64,000 nt of DNA from Mobula birostris (taxonomy: Eukaryota). The translations under genes and the position numbers were made by a program. Numbering within the stretch: position 1 is the stretch's first letter; each line of letters opens with the position of its first letter. The notes beneath the pieces were generated by a model that did not search any database, was not told the origin of the DNA, and worked only from the letters and a program-made list of their open reading frames with translations. Positions 38,831-51,799 of the stretch are shown in pieces. The stretch covers positions 19,507,309 through 19,571,308 of the forward strand of contig NC_092379.1 of NCBI RefSeq assembly GCF_030028105.1. The letters run 5' to 3'.

Positions 38831-39849
38831 GAATAACTAAAAGTCATCCACGGTTATATTGTATCATGACGGATCCATCACAGTTTAGATTTGTGATCAA
38901 TCCCATGAGATTGGGATTGATTTTAATTTAAATTGCAGATATAGCATTAGGAATGACTCTTGTCAATAGTTGGATTGGCCAGTCCTGCTTACACATGAGT
39001 GACCAGTGTAAGTTCAGGTTATGGGCATGGGAAATCTCCACAGGATCTGGTCCTAAGTCATCTCCTTAGCTGCAATAACTTCCCCAGTATCTGAGTCAGT
39101 GCCATGCCCCCTCATGACATGCTCTGCACTCCAGGTTATGGGCACAGGGAGTCTCCTACAATACATGATTGTGGGTGCAGTCTCTAAAATCTGCTCCATA
39201 TATATTTTCCCAAATGTCCGAACATGGTGCATTCCTCAGATATGGGGTTGGGAATCTGATACTCGGATTCTTCCAAATAGCTGATTTTAAATTGCTTCTC
39301 AAACATGGGAATCACCACCCTTCCCGAAGATCATTCGTGCATTCCCAAGCTCTTGTCATACTTCCTCATGAATGATGTTGAGAATTAACCACAATTTCTG
39401 GTCCTGTGGAGGAGTATTTTTCTCATTGTCTGCTCTTTCATAGTTTTCCCCAATGTCTATTCCTGGAGTATATTCCTTCAATATCTGGTCCTGTGTGCCT
39501 TCCTCTAATGTCTGTCCCTTGGACTTACTCTGCTCAAATCAGGTGCTGGTGTCCATCACACAAACATCTGTTGTATTCTATTCTATCTTGGTTTGCATTA
39601 ATTTCGTACCTGTTTATCTTTTCTACTCCTGGTGTTGTATTTTCCTGCATTGGCATATTTTAAAAAAAATGCTATTTCTTGCTGACATCCCATTCAAACA
39701 TGTGTCTGGTCGATATACAGTTCTGCTTCACCTGTACTTGTACCAACACCTCCACACTCTCTGATGGGTTTCCTTCAGCTTAGCACCGAGCAGGCCAAAA
39801 GCTTTGGTCCCCACAGTAAGTTCTGTTTCACGGCAGTGATGCTGTTAAG

Positions 39850-39950
39850 TGCCTTTTCAGTGGCCTGAGAACAAAAATTCAGGGTGACTTGACAGTTCAC
39901 TGTAGTGCAGAGGGACAAAGGTGCTGCCTTTCAGCTGAGACATTGAAGGG
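39850..39950 (+). mobile_element. Degraded Deu-SINE-like remnant, counterpart of 300-400
   Basis: gagaacaaaaattcagggtgac...ctgtagtgcagaggga...ggtgctgcctttcagctgagacattgaag. Confidence 0.45.
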
Positions 39951-40778
39951 AGATTGTGCATACAATGGAGAAGCTCCTGTACCTACAGCTTTATAGGACA
40001 TGGAGGGTGGAGATTAGGATAATGTGTTGAAATATGGGATTGAGACACTCATTATTAAACATTCCACCAATATCTGTATCTGGGATGTGTAACACGGTTC
40101 TGAAAAACTCTTCCAATGGGCCTCTGTGTTTTCCTGAATATCTTTCTCAGGGTGCAGCACCTTGGTATTCCTACCATGGGAAATCCATTAAGAACATGAA
40201 CAGTATGTGTGGGGCTACACTCATATATCACAGGCTGGAAATCTCTCCGATATTTGTCCCGGGATGCACTACCCATTTGTTGTACTTGGACGCATGTGAA
40301 GTCACTGCAGTGATGAGGGAACTAAGATGGGCTGAATGGTTTTATCAACTCCAGACACTTCATTTTCTCATTTACTTTGTTTTTTAATTCACATAATTTC
40401 AAATCATGATATAAACTTCAGCAGAATAATGAAAGAAAAGCTACAGGCAATGATTTCCATAATGTCTGATTTCCAAAATATGACAGAACAAGATCCCAAG
40501 CCCCCTCTCCACCACAATCCCCGTCCCCATGTCAACTTCTTGCTCCATAACAATAATACCCATTTCCTCACCTCCCTCTTCTCTTTCACTAAGCACACCC
40601 ATATTCCCCGCTCCCCATTCCCAAGCCTTAACCCTGCCTTCCTCTCCCCTCCTGTAAACCCCCTCCAGTGTCACATATCCTGCCATTTTCCCAATGTATC
40701 ATCCACTGCTGTCCCTCCGCCCACTGAACCGGCTCTGTGCCCCCATTTCCCATCTGGCATCCCCGGTACATTTAGAGG

Positions 40779-40784
40779 TTTATT
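40779..40784 (-). terminator. Candidate poly(A) signal (AATAAA) of the membrane-form IgW transcript
   Basis: First AATAAA on the minus strand, about 125 nt after the TM2 stop codon. Confidence 0.65.
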
Positions 40785-40909
40785 TCCTGAAATGAGCAGT
40801 TGCAGTGCAGTAGCCTCGGATTGCCGAGTGAGTGAGATGGAGACTCCATTTCCAAACATCGCAGCCACACGGGGATCTCTTGACTGAATGTGGGGCGTGT
40901 GTCTGCTGG

Positions 40910-40921
40910 TCACTGCTGAAC
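40910..40921 (-). CDS. IgW: IgW TM2 exon (cytoplasmic tail VQQ*), followed by 3'UTR
   Basis: Acceptor tctcctgtctatatttcAG|GTT CAG CAG TGA. Phase 0 fits the TM1 donor after Lys, giving K-V-Q-Q, comparable to the K|VK tail of Ig TM2 exons. It lies in non-TE sequence with a downstream AATAAA. Inferred; no transcript evidence. Confidence 0.72.
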   Translation of the reverse strand, partial: VQQ

Positions 40922-41156
40922 CTGAAATATAGACAGGAGAGTATGATATTGTGTGTGACAAGGTGCAGCACAGACATTAACCTGTGAGGACAGGTGAACT
41001 AAATAACAGATGGTCTGTCCTCATTCCAGGAGGTGGAATCCCATAAAGAGATGTCTGTCATTAGTCTCCGAGGTCACACCAAAACAAAAACCTGAATACC
41101 AGTTCAGACCTTTAGGGTGATCCACAGTTGGGCTAATGTTTTAGTTCCTGACTAAA

Positions 41157-42815
41157 ACCATAAGATAAGACATAGGAGCAGAATTAGGCCATTTGGCCCA
41201 TTGAGTCTGCTCCAGCATTTCATCATGGCTGATCCAATTTCCCTCTCAGCCCCAATTACCTGCCTTCTCCCAGTATCCCTTCATGTCCTGACTAATCAAG
41301 AATCTATCAACCTCTTCCTTACATATACTCAGTGAGTTGGGTACCACAGCTGCCTGTGGCAATGAATTATACAGATTTTCCACTCTCTGGCTAAAGAAAT
41401 TCCCCTTCACCTCTGTTCTAAGTGGATGGCCCTCTATTCTGAGGCTGTGTCCTCTTGTCTTAGACTCTCCCACCACAGAAAACTCCTCAACACATCAACT
41501 CTATTGAAATTTCAACATTCGATAGGTTTCAATGAGGTCCCCCTCATCCTTGTAAATTCCAGTGAATACAGACCCTGAGCCATCAAACACTTGTCATATG
41601 ATAAGCCTTTCGATCCCTGAATCATTTTTGTGAACCTGCTCTGAATCCTCTTCAATTTCAGCAAATCCTTTCTTAAAAAAGGTGCTCAAAACTGCTCACC
41701 ATACTACAAGTGAGACCTCACTAGTGCCTTAGAAATACTCAACATTACATCCTTGCTTTTATATTTTATTTCTTTTGAAATGAATTCAAACATTGCATTT
41801 GCCTTCCTTGCCACAGACTCAACCTGCAAATTAGCCTTAATGGAATCCCACACAAGGACTCCCAAAGCCCCGCACTTCAGATTTTTGAATTTTCTCTCCA
41901 TTTATAAAATAGCCTACGCCTTCATTTCTTCTCCTGAAGTATTTGACCATTCACTTCCCAACACTTTATCATATCTGCCACTTCTTCGCCCATTCTCTTA
42001 ATCTGTCTAAGTATTTCTGTAGCCTCACTTCTTCCTCAACTCTACCAGCCCCTCCACCTATCTTTGGCCATAAAAACCATCAATTTTCTAATCCAAATCA
42101 TTGACATTTTACATGAAAAGATGCAGTCCCAACACAGACCCTTGTGGAACACCACCAGTCACCAGCAGCTAACCAGAAAAGGCTCCCTTTATTCCTACTC
42201 TTTCCCTCCTGTCAATCAGAGAATGTTCTATCCATGCTAGTATCTTTCCTGTAGTACTATGGGTTCTTTGGTAACACACACACACACAATGCTGGAGGAG
42301 CTCAGAAAGCCTGGCAGCATCTGTGAAAAAGACTAAACATTCAAAGTTTCAGACTGATGAAGGGACTTGGCCCAAAACATCGTTTGTTTACTCTTTTCCA
42401 TAGATGCTGCCTGCCATCATCCTGCCTTTAGAATATTTCTTCTTTGGGTTGCATCTATCTTGTGCCTTTCAAATTGCTCCCAGAATCTCCAACCATTCCT
42501 GCTCTGTCATCATCCCTGCTGGTGTCCCCTTCCAAATAAATTTTGGCCAGCTCCTCTCTCATGCCTCTGTCATTCCCTTTACTCCACTGTAATTCTGATC
42601 CATTGATTTTAGCTTCTCCTTCTCAAATTAATTGCAGGATGAATTAAATCATATTTTGATCATAGCTCCTAGCGTTCCCTTACTTTAAACTCTCCACTCC
42701 AGTTCATTGCACAACACCTAATCCAGAATAGCTAATGCCGAGTGGGCTCATTCATCACCTGCTCTAAAACAACCCATAAGCATTCTACAAATTCTTTCCC
42801 TTGGGATGCGGCACC
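41157..42815 (-). mobile_element. CR1-A, 3' part (second composite copy)
   Basis: 3' tail accataagataagac; RT remnants; ends at ...ggcacc in the endonuclease region. Confidence 0.85.
42278..42416. mobile_element. Inverted pair of Penelope terminal sequences (fold-back remnant) with a degenerate hammerhead
   Basis: gctggaggagctcag...ggcagcatctgtgaaaaagactaaac is mirrored by gtttactcttttccatagatgctgcc; ctgatgaagggacttggcccaaaac. Confidence 0.7.
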
Positions 42816-44577
42816 AAAATAATTTACTACAGCATGGGCCATTTGGCCTGCACTGTTGTGCAGAACCAGTTATAAAGCAAATCGAAAGCACCCAAGCACC
42901 AATCCCTACCACCTACACCATGTCCATATCCCCCCTTCTTCCCTACATCCACTTGCCTATCCAAACATCTCTAATGTATTTGCCTCTACCATCACATCAG
43001 CCAGTGCATTCCAGACATCCTCCACTCTCTGAGTATAAAACTAAGCCCTCACATCCCCTTGATCCTATCCCCCTCACCTAAAATTCATGCTCTCTGGTAA
43101 TACATATTTCAACCCTGGGAAAGAGATACTCTCTCTCCACTCTATCTTTGTCTCTCATAATCTTGTAAACCTCGAGTAGATCCCGCACCCCCCAGCCTCC
43201 AAAGCTCCAGAGAAAACAACCCAAGTTTATGTGGCCTCTCCTGATTGCATGTTCCCTCGAAACCAGGCAGCATCCTGGCAAACCTCCTCTACACCCTCTC
43301 CAAAGCCTCAACATCCTTCCAATAGTAGGGCAACCAGAATTGTCCGCAATACTTCAGTGTGGTCTAACCTGAGTTTTATAAAGTTGTAACATAACCTCCT
43401 GACTTTTGAACTCAATGCCTCGATTAATAAAAGCAAGCATTCCTTAAACCTTGTTAACCAATTTATTGACCTGTGTAGCCACTTTCAAGGAGTATGACCT
43501 TGGATCCTATGATCTCTCTGCTTAACAATACTGTAAAAGACCTTCCCCTTAAAGGTGTACTGTCTCTTTACATTTGCCCTCCTGAGGTGTAACACCTCAC
43601 ATTTATCTGGATTAATCTCCATCTGCCATTTCTGAGTCCACATCTGCAGCTGATCAATGTTGTGCTGTATTCTTTGCCAGTCTTGCACACTATCCACAAC
43701 TCCACCAGCCTTGGTATCATTCGCAAATTTACAAATCCACTCATCCACATTTTCATCCAGATTACTTATATACATTACAAACAGCAGAAGTCCCAGCACA
43801 GATACCTATGGGACTTCACTAATTACCGACCGCCAGCTTGAACAAATCCCCTAAACCATTAGCCTCTGTCTTCTATTCGCAAGCCAGTTCTGAATCCAAA
43901 CAGCTGGTTTGCCACGGACCCCATGTATCTTAATCTTCTGGATTAGCCTCCCATGAGGGACTTTGTCAAATGCCTTACTAAAATTCATGTGGACAGCATC
44001 CACTGCCCTACCGTCATCAATCTGTCTTACCTTGTCAAAAAACTATCAAGTTGTAAGGCACAACCTGCCACGCATAAAGCCATGCTGGCTCTCCCTAATT
44101 AGGCCATGGCTTTCCAAAAGGGGATATCGAGGTACAACATTAGCCACTCGCCAGTCCTCTGAGAACTCACCTGTGGCAAGATAGGACACAAAGAGACTGG
44201 TCTCTTGCCTCCTTCAATAACCTGGAGTAAATCCCATCTGGGCTGTAGGACATCCATCTTAATCCTGATCAAGAGGCCCAACACTTCCTCCTCCTTGACT
44301 CTAAATGCCCAAATGTATTTATCTCCTCAGCACTGATCTCCATATCCTTTTCTTTGGTAAATACTGAAGCAAAGTACTCATTTGGCACCTCATTCATATT
44401 CTCTGCATCCAAGCAAATATTACCGCTCCCCCCATCCTTGAGTGGTCACATCCTCTCCTGAGTTATCCTCTTATTCTTGATGTATGTATAAAATGCCTTG
44501 AGATTCACCTTAATCCTACTTGTCAAGGACTTTTCATGGCCCCTCCTGGCTTCCGTCATTCCCTTTAGTTCCTTTAT
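42816..44577 (-). mobile_element. CR1-B inserted in CR1-A (continues at about 47400-47580 and 49016-49153)
   Basis: LLLFVMYISNLD...KFANDTK; homologous to 1551-3465 and 55996-56560. Confidence 0.85.
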
Positions 44578-47399
44578 ATAGAACATAGAACATAGAATTG
44601 TACAGCACATTATAGGCCCTTCGGCCCACAATATTGTGCCGACCCTCAAACTCTGCCTCCCATATAACCCCCCCACCTTAAAGTCCTCCATATACCTGTC
44701 TAGTAGTCTCTTAAATTTCACTAGTGTATCTGCCTCCACCACTGACTCAGGCAGTGCGTTCCATGCACCAAGCACTCTGAGTGAAAAACCTTCCTCTAAT
44801 ATCCCCCTTGAACTTCCCACCCCTAACCTTAAAGCCATGTCCTCTTGTATGGAGCAGTGGTGCCCTGGGGAAGAGGCGCTGGCTGTCCACTCTATCTATT
44901 CCTCTTAATATCTTGTACACCTCTGTCATGTCTATGGGAGAGTATAGGAGCAGGGATGTGATGTTGAGGCTCTATAAGGTGCTGGTGAAACCTCACTTGG
45001 AGTACTGTGGGCAGTTTTGGTCTCCTTATTTAAGAAAGGATGTGCTGACGTTGGAGAGGGTACAGAGAAGATTCACTAGAATGATTCCGGGAATGAGCGG
45101 GTTAACATATGAGGAACATTTGTCTGCTCTTGGACTGTATTCCTTGGAGTTTAGAAGAATGAGGGGAGACCTCATAGAAACATTTCGAATGTTGAAAGCA
45201 ACGGACAGAGTGGATGTGGCCAAGTTGTTTCCCATGATGAGGGAGTCTAGTACGAGAGGGCATGACTTAAGGATTGAAGGGCGCCCATTCAGTACAGAGA
45301 TGCAAAGAAAATTTTTTAGCCAGAGGGTGGTGAATCTATGGAATTTGTTGCCACGGGCAGTAGTGGAGGCCAAGTCATTGGGTGTATTTAAGGCAGAGAT
45401 TGATAGGTATCTGAGTAGCCAGGGCATCAAAGGTTATGGTGAGAAGGCGGGGAGTGGGACTAAATGGGAGAATGAATCAGCTCATGATAAAACGGCGGAG
45501 CAGACTCGATGGGCCAAATGGCCGACTTCTGCTCCTTTGTCTTATGGTCTTTTGTCTCTTGTCATCCTCCTTCTCTCCAAAGAGTAAAGCCCTAGCTCCC
45601 TTAATCTCTAATCCATACTCTCTAAACCAGGCAGCATCCTGGTGAAACTCCTCTGTACCCTTTCCAATGCTTCCACATCCTTCCTATAGTGAGGCAACCA
45701 GAACTGTACACAGTACTCCAAGTGTGGCCTAACCAGAGTTTTACAGAGCTGCATCATTACCTCGCGACTCTTAAACTCTATCCCTTGACTTATGAAAGCT
45801 AACACCCCATAAGCTTTCTTAACTACCCTATCAACCTGTGAGGCAAATTTCGGGGTTCTGTGGACATGTACCCCCAGATCTCTCTGCTCCTCCACACTAC
45901 CAAGTATCCTGCTATTTACTATGTACTCTGACTTGGAGTTTGTCCTTCCAAAGTGTACTACCTCACAATTCTCCGGGTTGAACTCCATCTGCCACTTCTC
46001 AGCCCACTTCTGCATCCTATCAATGTCTCTGCAATCTTCGACAATCCTCTATACTATCAACAACACCACTAACCTTTGTGTCATCTGCAAACTTGCCAAC
46101 CCACCCTCCTACCCCGACATCCAGGTCATTAATAAAAATCACAAATAGTAGAGGTCTCAGAACCAATCCTTGTAGGACACCAAAAGTCACAACCCTCTAA
46201 TCCAAATGTTCTCCCTCCACCATGACCCTCTGCCTTCTGCAGGCAAGCCAGTTCTGAATCCACCTGGCCAAACTTCCCTGGATCCCATGCCTTCTGACTT
46301 CTGAATAAGCCTACTGTGTGAAACCTTGTCAAATGCCTTACTAAAATCCATGTAGATCACAACTGCACTACCCTCATCTATATGCCTGGTCACCTCGTCA
46401 AAGAACTCCATCAGGCTTGTTGGACACGATCTGCCCTTCACAAAGCCATGCTGACTGTCCCTGATCAGACTATGATTCTCTAAATGCCCATAGATCCTAT
46501 CTCTAAGAATCTTTTCCAAAAGCTTTCCCACCACAGACGTAAGGCTCACTGGACTATGATTACCTGGACTATCCCTACTTCCTTTTTTGAACAAGGGGAC
46601 AACATTCGCCTCCCTCCAATCCTCCGGTACCATTTCCGTGGACAACGAGGACATAAAGATCCTTGCCAGAGGCTGAGCACTCTCTTCCCTCGCCTCGTGG
46701 AGCAGCCTGGGGAATATTCCATCAGGCCCTGGGGACTTATCCATCCTAATGTATTTTAATAACTCCAACACCTCCTCTCCCTTAATATCGACATGCTCCA
46801 GAACATCAACATCACTCATATTGTCCTCACCGTCTTCAAGTTCCCTCTCATTGGTGAATACTGAAGAGAAGTATTCATTGAGCACCTTGCTCACTTCCAC
46901 AACCTCCAGGCACATCTTCCCACCTTTATCTCTAATCGGTCCTATCTTCACTCCTGTCATCCTTTTGTTCTTCACATAATTGAAAAATACCTTGGGGTTT
47001 TCCTTTATCCTACTCGCCAAGGCCTTTTCATACCCCCTTCTTGCTCCTCAGCCCCTTCTTTTGCTCCTTTCTTGCTTCCCTATATTCTTCAATAGACCCA
47101 TCTGATCTTTGCTTCCTAAACCTCATGTATGCTGCCTTCTTCCACCTGACTAGATTTTCCACCTCACTTGTCAACCATGGTTCCTTCACCCTACCATTCC
47201 TTATCTTTCTCACTGGGACAAATTTATCCTTAACATCCTGCAAGAGATCCCTAAACATCGACCACATGTCCACAGTACATTTCCCTGCAAAAACATCATC
47301 CCAATTCACACCCGCAAGTTCTAGCCTTAATGCATCAAAATTTGCCCTTCCCCAATTAAAAATTTTCCAATCCTCTCTGATTCTATCCTTTTCCATGAT
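44578..47399 (-). mobile_element. Young CR1 LINE (same family as 6493 and 26280)
   Basis: (ATAGAAC)n tail at 44578-44597; 277-aa ORF2 piece with QHGFVKGRSC, DFSKAFDKV. Confidence 0.93.
44934..45551 (+). mobile_element. Short CR1 3' end nested in the opposite orientation
   Basis: LVKPHLEYCGQFWSPYLRKD...; ends cttatggtctt; tgtct is repeated on both flanks. Confidence 0.85.
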
Positions 47400-47579
47400 T
47401 TATACTCCTCACGTGCTTCATTTGATTCAAACTTCTGAAGGTTTACATACTTTTTCTTCTTGACTAAGTTCATCACATCTCTGGATATCCAAAGTTCTCT
47501 TATATTTCCATCCCCATCCTTCCTTCTAACAGGTACATACCTTTCCTGTACTCTGTGTAATTGCTCTTTAAACATCTTC

Positions 47580-49015
47580 CACTCTTTAAGAAGGGAGGAA
47601 GGCAAAAAAAAGGAAATTATAGGTCAGTTAGCCAAAACTCAGTGGCTGGGAAAGTGTTGGAGTCTCTTATTAAGGATGAGTTTTTGGGGTATTTGGAGAC
47701 TAATGATGATATAAGTCAAAGTCAACATCGTCTCTACAATGGGAAATCTTGCCTGACAAATCTGTTAGAGTTCTTCAAGGAAGTAACAAGCAGGGTGGAC
47801 AAAGGAGAGGCAGTGGATGTCATTTACTTGGATTTTCAGAAGGCATTTGTTAAGGTGCCACACTTGAGGCTACTCAACAAGATAAAATCCGATGATGTTA
47901 CAGGAAACGTACCGGCATGGATAGAGGAATGGCTGACAGGCAGCAGGCAGTGAGTGGGAATAAGAGGGGCCTTCTCTGGTTGGTTGCCATTGACGAGTGA
48001 TGTTCCGCAGGGATCAGTATTGAGACCGCTACTTTTCAGATTGTTTGTTTATGACTTTGATAATGGAATTGATGGCTTTGTGGCAAAGTATGAAGATAGG
48101 TAGAGGGGTAGGTAGTGCTGAGGAAGCAATGCAATTGCAGCATGACTTAGACAAATTGGAAGATTTGGAAAAAAGTGGCAGATGAATTACAATCTAGGGA
48201 AATGTATGATAATGCATTTTGGTAAAAGGAACAATAGTGCGGACTATTATCTAAATGCGGAGAAGGTTCAAACATCAGAGGTGCAAAGGGACTTAGGAAT
48301 CCTTGTGTAAGATTCCCAGAAGGTTAATTTACAGGTCAAGCCTGTGATGAAGAAAGCAAATGGAATGTTGGCATTTATTTCAAGGGGAATAGAATATCAA
48401 AGCAAGGAGATAACGCAGAGGCTTCATAAGACACTAATCAGGCCACACTTGGCATACTGTCATCGGTTTTGGGCCCAATATCTCAGAAAGGATGTGTTTT
48501 CATTGGAGAGTCCAGAGAAGGTTCATGAGGATGATTCCAGGAATGACGGAGTTAAGGTATGAGGAGCAAATGGCAGATTTGGGCCTGTACTCACTGGAAT
48601 TTAGTAGAATGCGGGGGAATCTCATTTACCAAATGTTTACCAAACATCTACCAAATGTTGAAAAGACTAGATAGGATGGATGTGGAGTGTATGTTTCCTC
48701 TGGTGGGGGTATATGGAACAAGAGAGCACAGCCTCAAACTTGAGGGGCAATCTTTTAGAACAAAGGTAAGGAGGAGTTTTTTTAGCCTGAAAATGCTGAA
48801 TCTGCGGAATGCTCTGCCACAAACTGCAGTAGAGGCCAAATCATGGATGTATTTAAGGTGGAAGTTAATAGTTTCCTAATCGGTCAGGGCATCAAAGAAT
48901 ATGGCGAGAAGGCAGGTGTATGAGGTTGAGTGGAGTCTGGGATCAGCCGTGATGGAATAGCAGGGCAGCCTTGATGGGCTGAATGGCCTAATACTGCCCC
49001 CGTCTCACGGTCTTA
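47580..49015 (+). mobile_element. CR1 LINE, 5'-truncated (RT to 3' end)
   Basis: GKSCLTNLLEFF, YLDFQKAFVKVPH; 3' end ...cacggtcttatg. Confidence 0.88.
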
Positions 49016-49153
49016 TGTCTGATATGGACTTGCCAGAGAAAAGGTGTTCCCAATTAACGCTTCTTAGTTCCTGCCTAATGCCCTTGTAGGTTGCCCTGTG
49101 TCAATTTAAATCTCTTCCACAAGGACCATACCTATCCTTGTCGATAGCTATCC

Positions 49154-49872
49154 CAATCCCAATTTATCCGCATATTGAAATTCCTGATTACTCTCTTAAC
49201 ATTGCACTTTTGACATGCATTTTCTATCTCTCATTGTAATTTGTAGACTGCATCTTTGCTACTGTGCGGAGGTCTGTATATAACTCATATCAAGGACTTT
49301 ACCCTTACTGTTTCTTAGCTCTACCCACAACAACTCTACAACTTCTGATCCTTTGTCACGTCTTTCTAATGATTTGATTTAATTTTTTTCCCAACACAGC
49401 TACACCACGCCTTCTACCTATCTCCCTGTCCTTTCAATTCAATGTTTTTTCTTTGGGCATCACCCCAAGGTTCATCACCCTTTTCCATTTCAACTCATCC
49501 CATTGACTGCAATTTTGCCCTAACATCAGCCTTTGCTTGCTAGCAGACTCACTACACACTGCCTCTGTTTGTAAACCAACGAATAGGTCCTCAGCTCTAT
49601 CACTCCATTTTCCATCCCCTGCCAAATTAGTTCAAACCCTTCTGAACAGCTCCAGCAAACCTGCCCACAAAGATATTTATCTGCCTTGGATTCACGTGCA
49701 ACCCATGAATATTCTTCCACCTTTTCCTTATCAAGACCCAGAAGACCCAGCATACTGATGCAGCTTCAGAGAAGGCACAACAGCTGCTGTATTTGTTTAG
49801 GAGCTTGAGGAGTTTTGGTATGTCACTGTGGAGAGCAGTCTCACTGCACACTGCTTCTGTTTGTAAACCAAC
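49154..49872 (-). mobile_element. CR1-A endonuclease-side fragment plus small Rex1 and CR1 scraps
   Basis: Homologous to 5921-6492 and 60773-61500. Confidence 0.7.
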
Positions 49873-49874
49873 AA

Positions 49875-51402
49875 CAGAATATTATTTACTATCATGATAA
49901 ATGATATATTTTCTAATAGAAATAGTAGTATTGGAATATCATTATTTGTGGATGATGGAGCTATATGGAAAAGGGGTGGGAATGTGGAATTTATAACACG
50001 GAAACTTCAAGAAGCAAATGTTAAGGTGGAAGATTGGGCATGAAAATAGGAATTCAGATTTTCAGCAGAGAAATCCAAAATAATGTTTTTCACTAGGGAG
50101 AGGACAGAACAACACTTGAAGCTAATACTTTATGGTATGGAATTAGAAAATGTGGATACCTTTAAATTTTTAGGAATCTGGTTTGATAAAAGACTCACAT
50201 GGTCAACACATAGTAAAGAAATAATAACCAAAAGTAAGAAAGTGCTAAATGTTATGAGGTGTTTAAAAGGAAAGGAAAGGGGAGCTGACAGGGGCAATAA
50301 GGACAATACCAGTGGTGGCAATGCAGGTGGAGTTTGGAGAGACACCTCTGGAACTGAGAAGATCACAACTTGTGTTAACATATTGGGTAAACCTACAAGG
50401 GCCTGGAGAACATCATCCAAGTAAACGGCTTTTAGATTGATGCTGGGAAAAGGAAAGAAAGAAATTCAGAAGTTTTGCATGGACTATTGAAGGGAAAGCA
50501 GAAAGGACAGGAGTTAGTAAAAAGGCAGTGAGTGATACAATGCCTTTTCCTGAGCTGTCTCCATGACTGTGTGAAGCACCGGGGTGGATCCTAAATTATT
50601 CCAAAAGAGACAGAAAAATAGAGAGGTGATTTTAAATCAAGATATAGTTGAAACTTATGTAAATAATGGTCATTATGTATATTTACAAATGCAAACAAAT
50701 GCTTCAAAACTGGCAATATTAGATTAGGGGTAGGATTGGTGGTGCCTGATTTTAACATGAAAAAGCAGGTGAGGATAGATGATGATTTCTCAGTGTATAC
50801 AGATGAAATGACAGCTGGACTATTCACTTTGCAGTGGGTGGAGGGGGTAAGATCAATTAGATTTGCAATATTGTCTGATTCAAGGACAACAATCAGGAGT
50901 CTAAAAGATTTACATTCAGAGGCAAGACGAGACATTGTAAGTAAGGTAATACAAACCTTATTTCGACTATATAATAATATCCAGAAAGAAATGGGATGGT
51001 TGAGGAATGCAGGAAAGAGCAGGAGGCAGGAGGTGATAACATCAAAATTGAGATTTGGGCACACAGGATTAAAGTACATCGTTTTTCATGAAGAAACACA
51101 ATAATGGGAGTTGTGATTATTGTAATCAACAAGACATAATCAAGAGAGTGGTTGGTTGATTTTAGAGTTATCACAGAATAAAATTCAATTTAAAATTAAC
51201 AGCATTTTGCAGAAAGGATTGCAGGATTATTACCTTAAGTATATAGTGCAGTTCATTAAGAACACAGGTCTTTTTATAAATTTGATACAAATATAAATAT
51301 GGGGTCAAATTTAAAAATGTGTGTCATGATATGTTGACCCACACTCTGGTTCAGTAGTGGCGGTAATGCACCCTCAAGCTTTTTGCCAACCACCATAAAA
51401 AC
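49875..51402 (+). mobile_element. I/Nimb-clade LINE 3' portion (RT end, RNase H, Cys motif, 3'UTR)
   Basis: DTFKFLGIWFDKRLTW; RNase H FSVYTDEM...FAILSDSRTTIRSL; CDYC motif; 3' end gtggcggtaatgcacc...ccaaccaccataaaa. Confidence 0.85.
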
Positions 51403-51799
51403 GTTAGAACATTATCGACTATTGAAAGGCCCAGATGGGATTGATGGGGAAAGGATGTTTGCGAGAGTGTCGGGATGCCAGTATACACAGGCCACTCCCA
51501 CCATAGGCTGTTTGCCAAGGGAAGACAGAAGGGAAACACCAGAGAAAAAGTCAGGTAGACACAGTGAACCAGACCTCCCACCTACCTGTTTCTATCCCTG
51601 CCGCCATTGGTTAAAAGGTCTGCTGGTCCTCCCACCCGTCTTTCATCTGGTTAGAGAAACATACAGACCATCTACCTCTATTGGTTGGAGATCTGCATGT
51701 TCCCACCCTCCCTTTTTATCTCCATTGGTTTGCGCACAGATCTGACATACGGCTTGCCCTACCAGTGGTCACATTTTTTAAAGTCGTTGTGGGGGTTGA

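Noticed and set aside
41084-41092. Perfect RSS nonamer ACAAAAACC near the TM2 acceptor
   Set aside because: No CAC-starting heptamer at 12 or 22/23 bp spacing, and no adjacent V, D or J coding segment.
44781-45587. 268-aa plus-strand ORF
   Set aside because: A chimera of antisense CR1 and a nested CR1 3' end, not a host gene.
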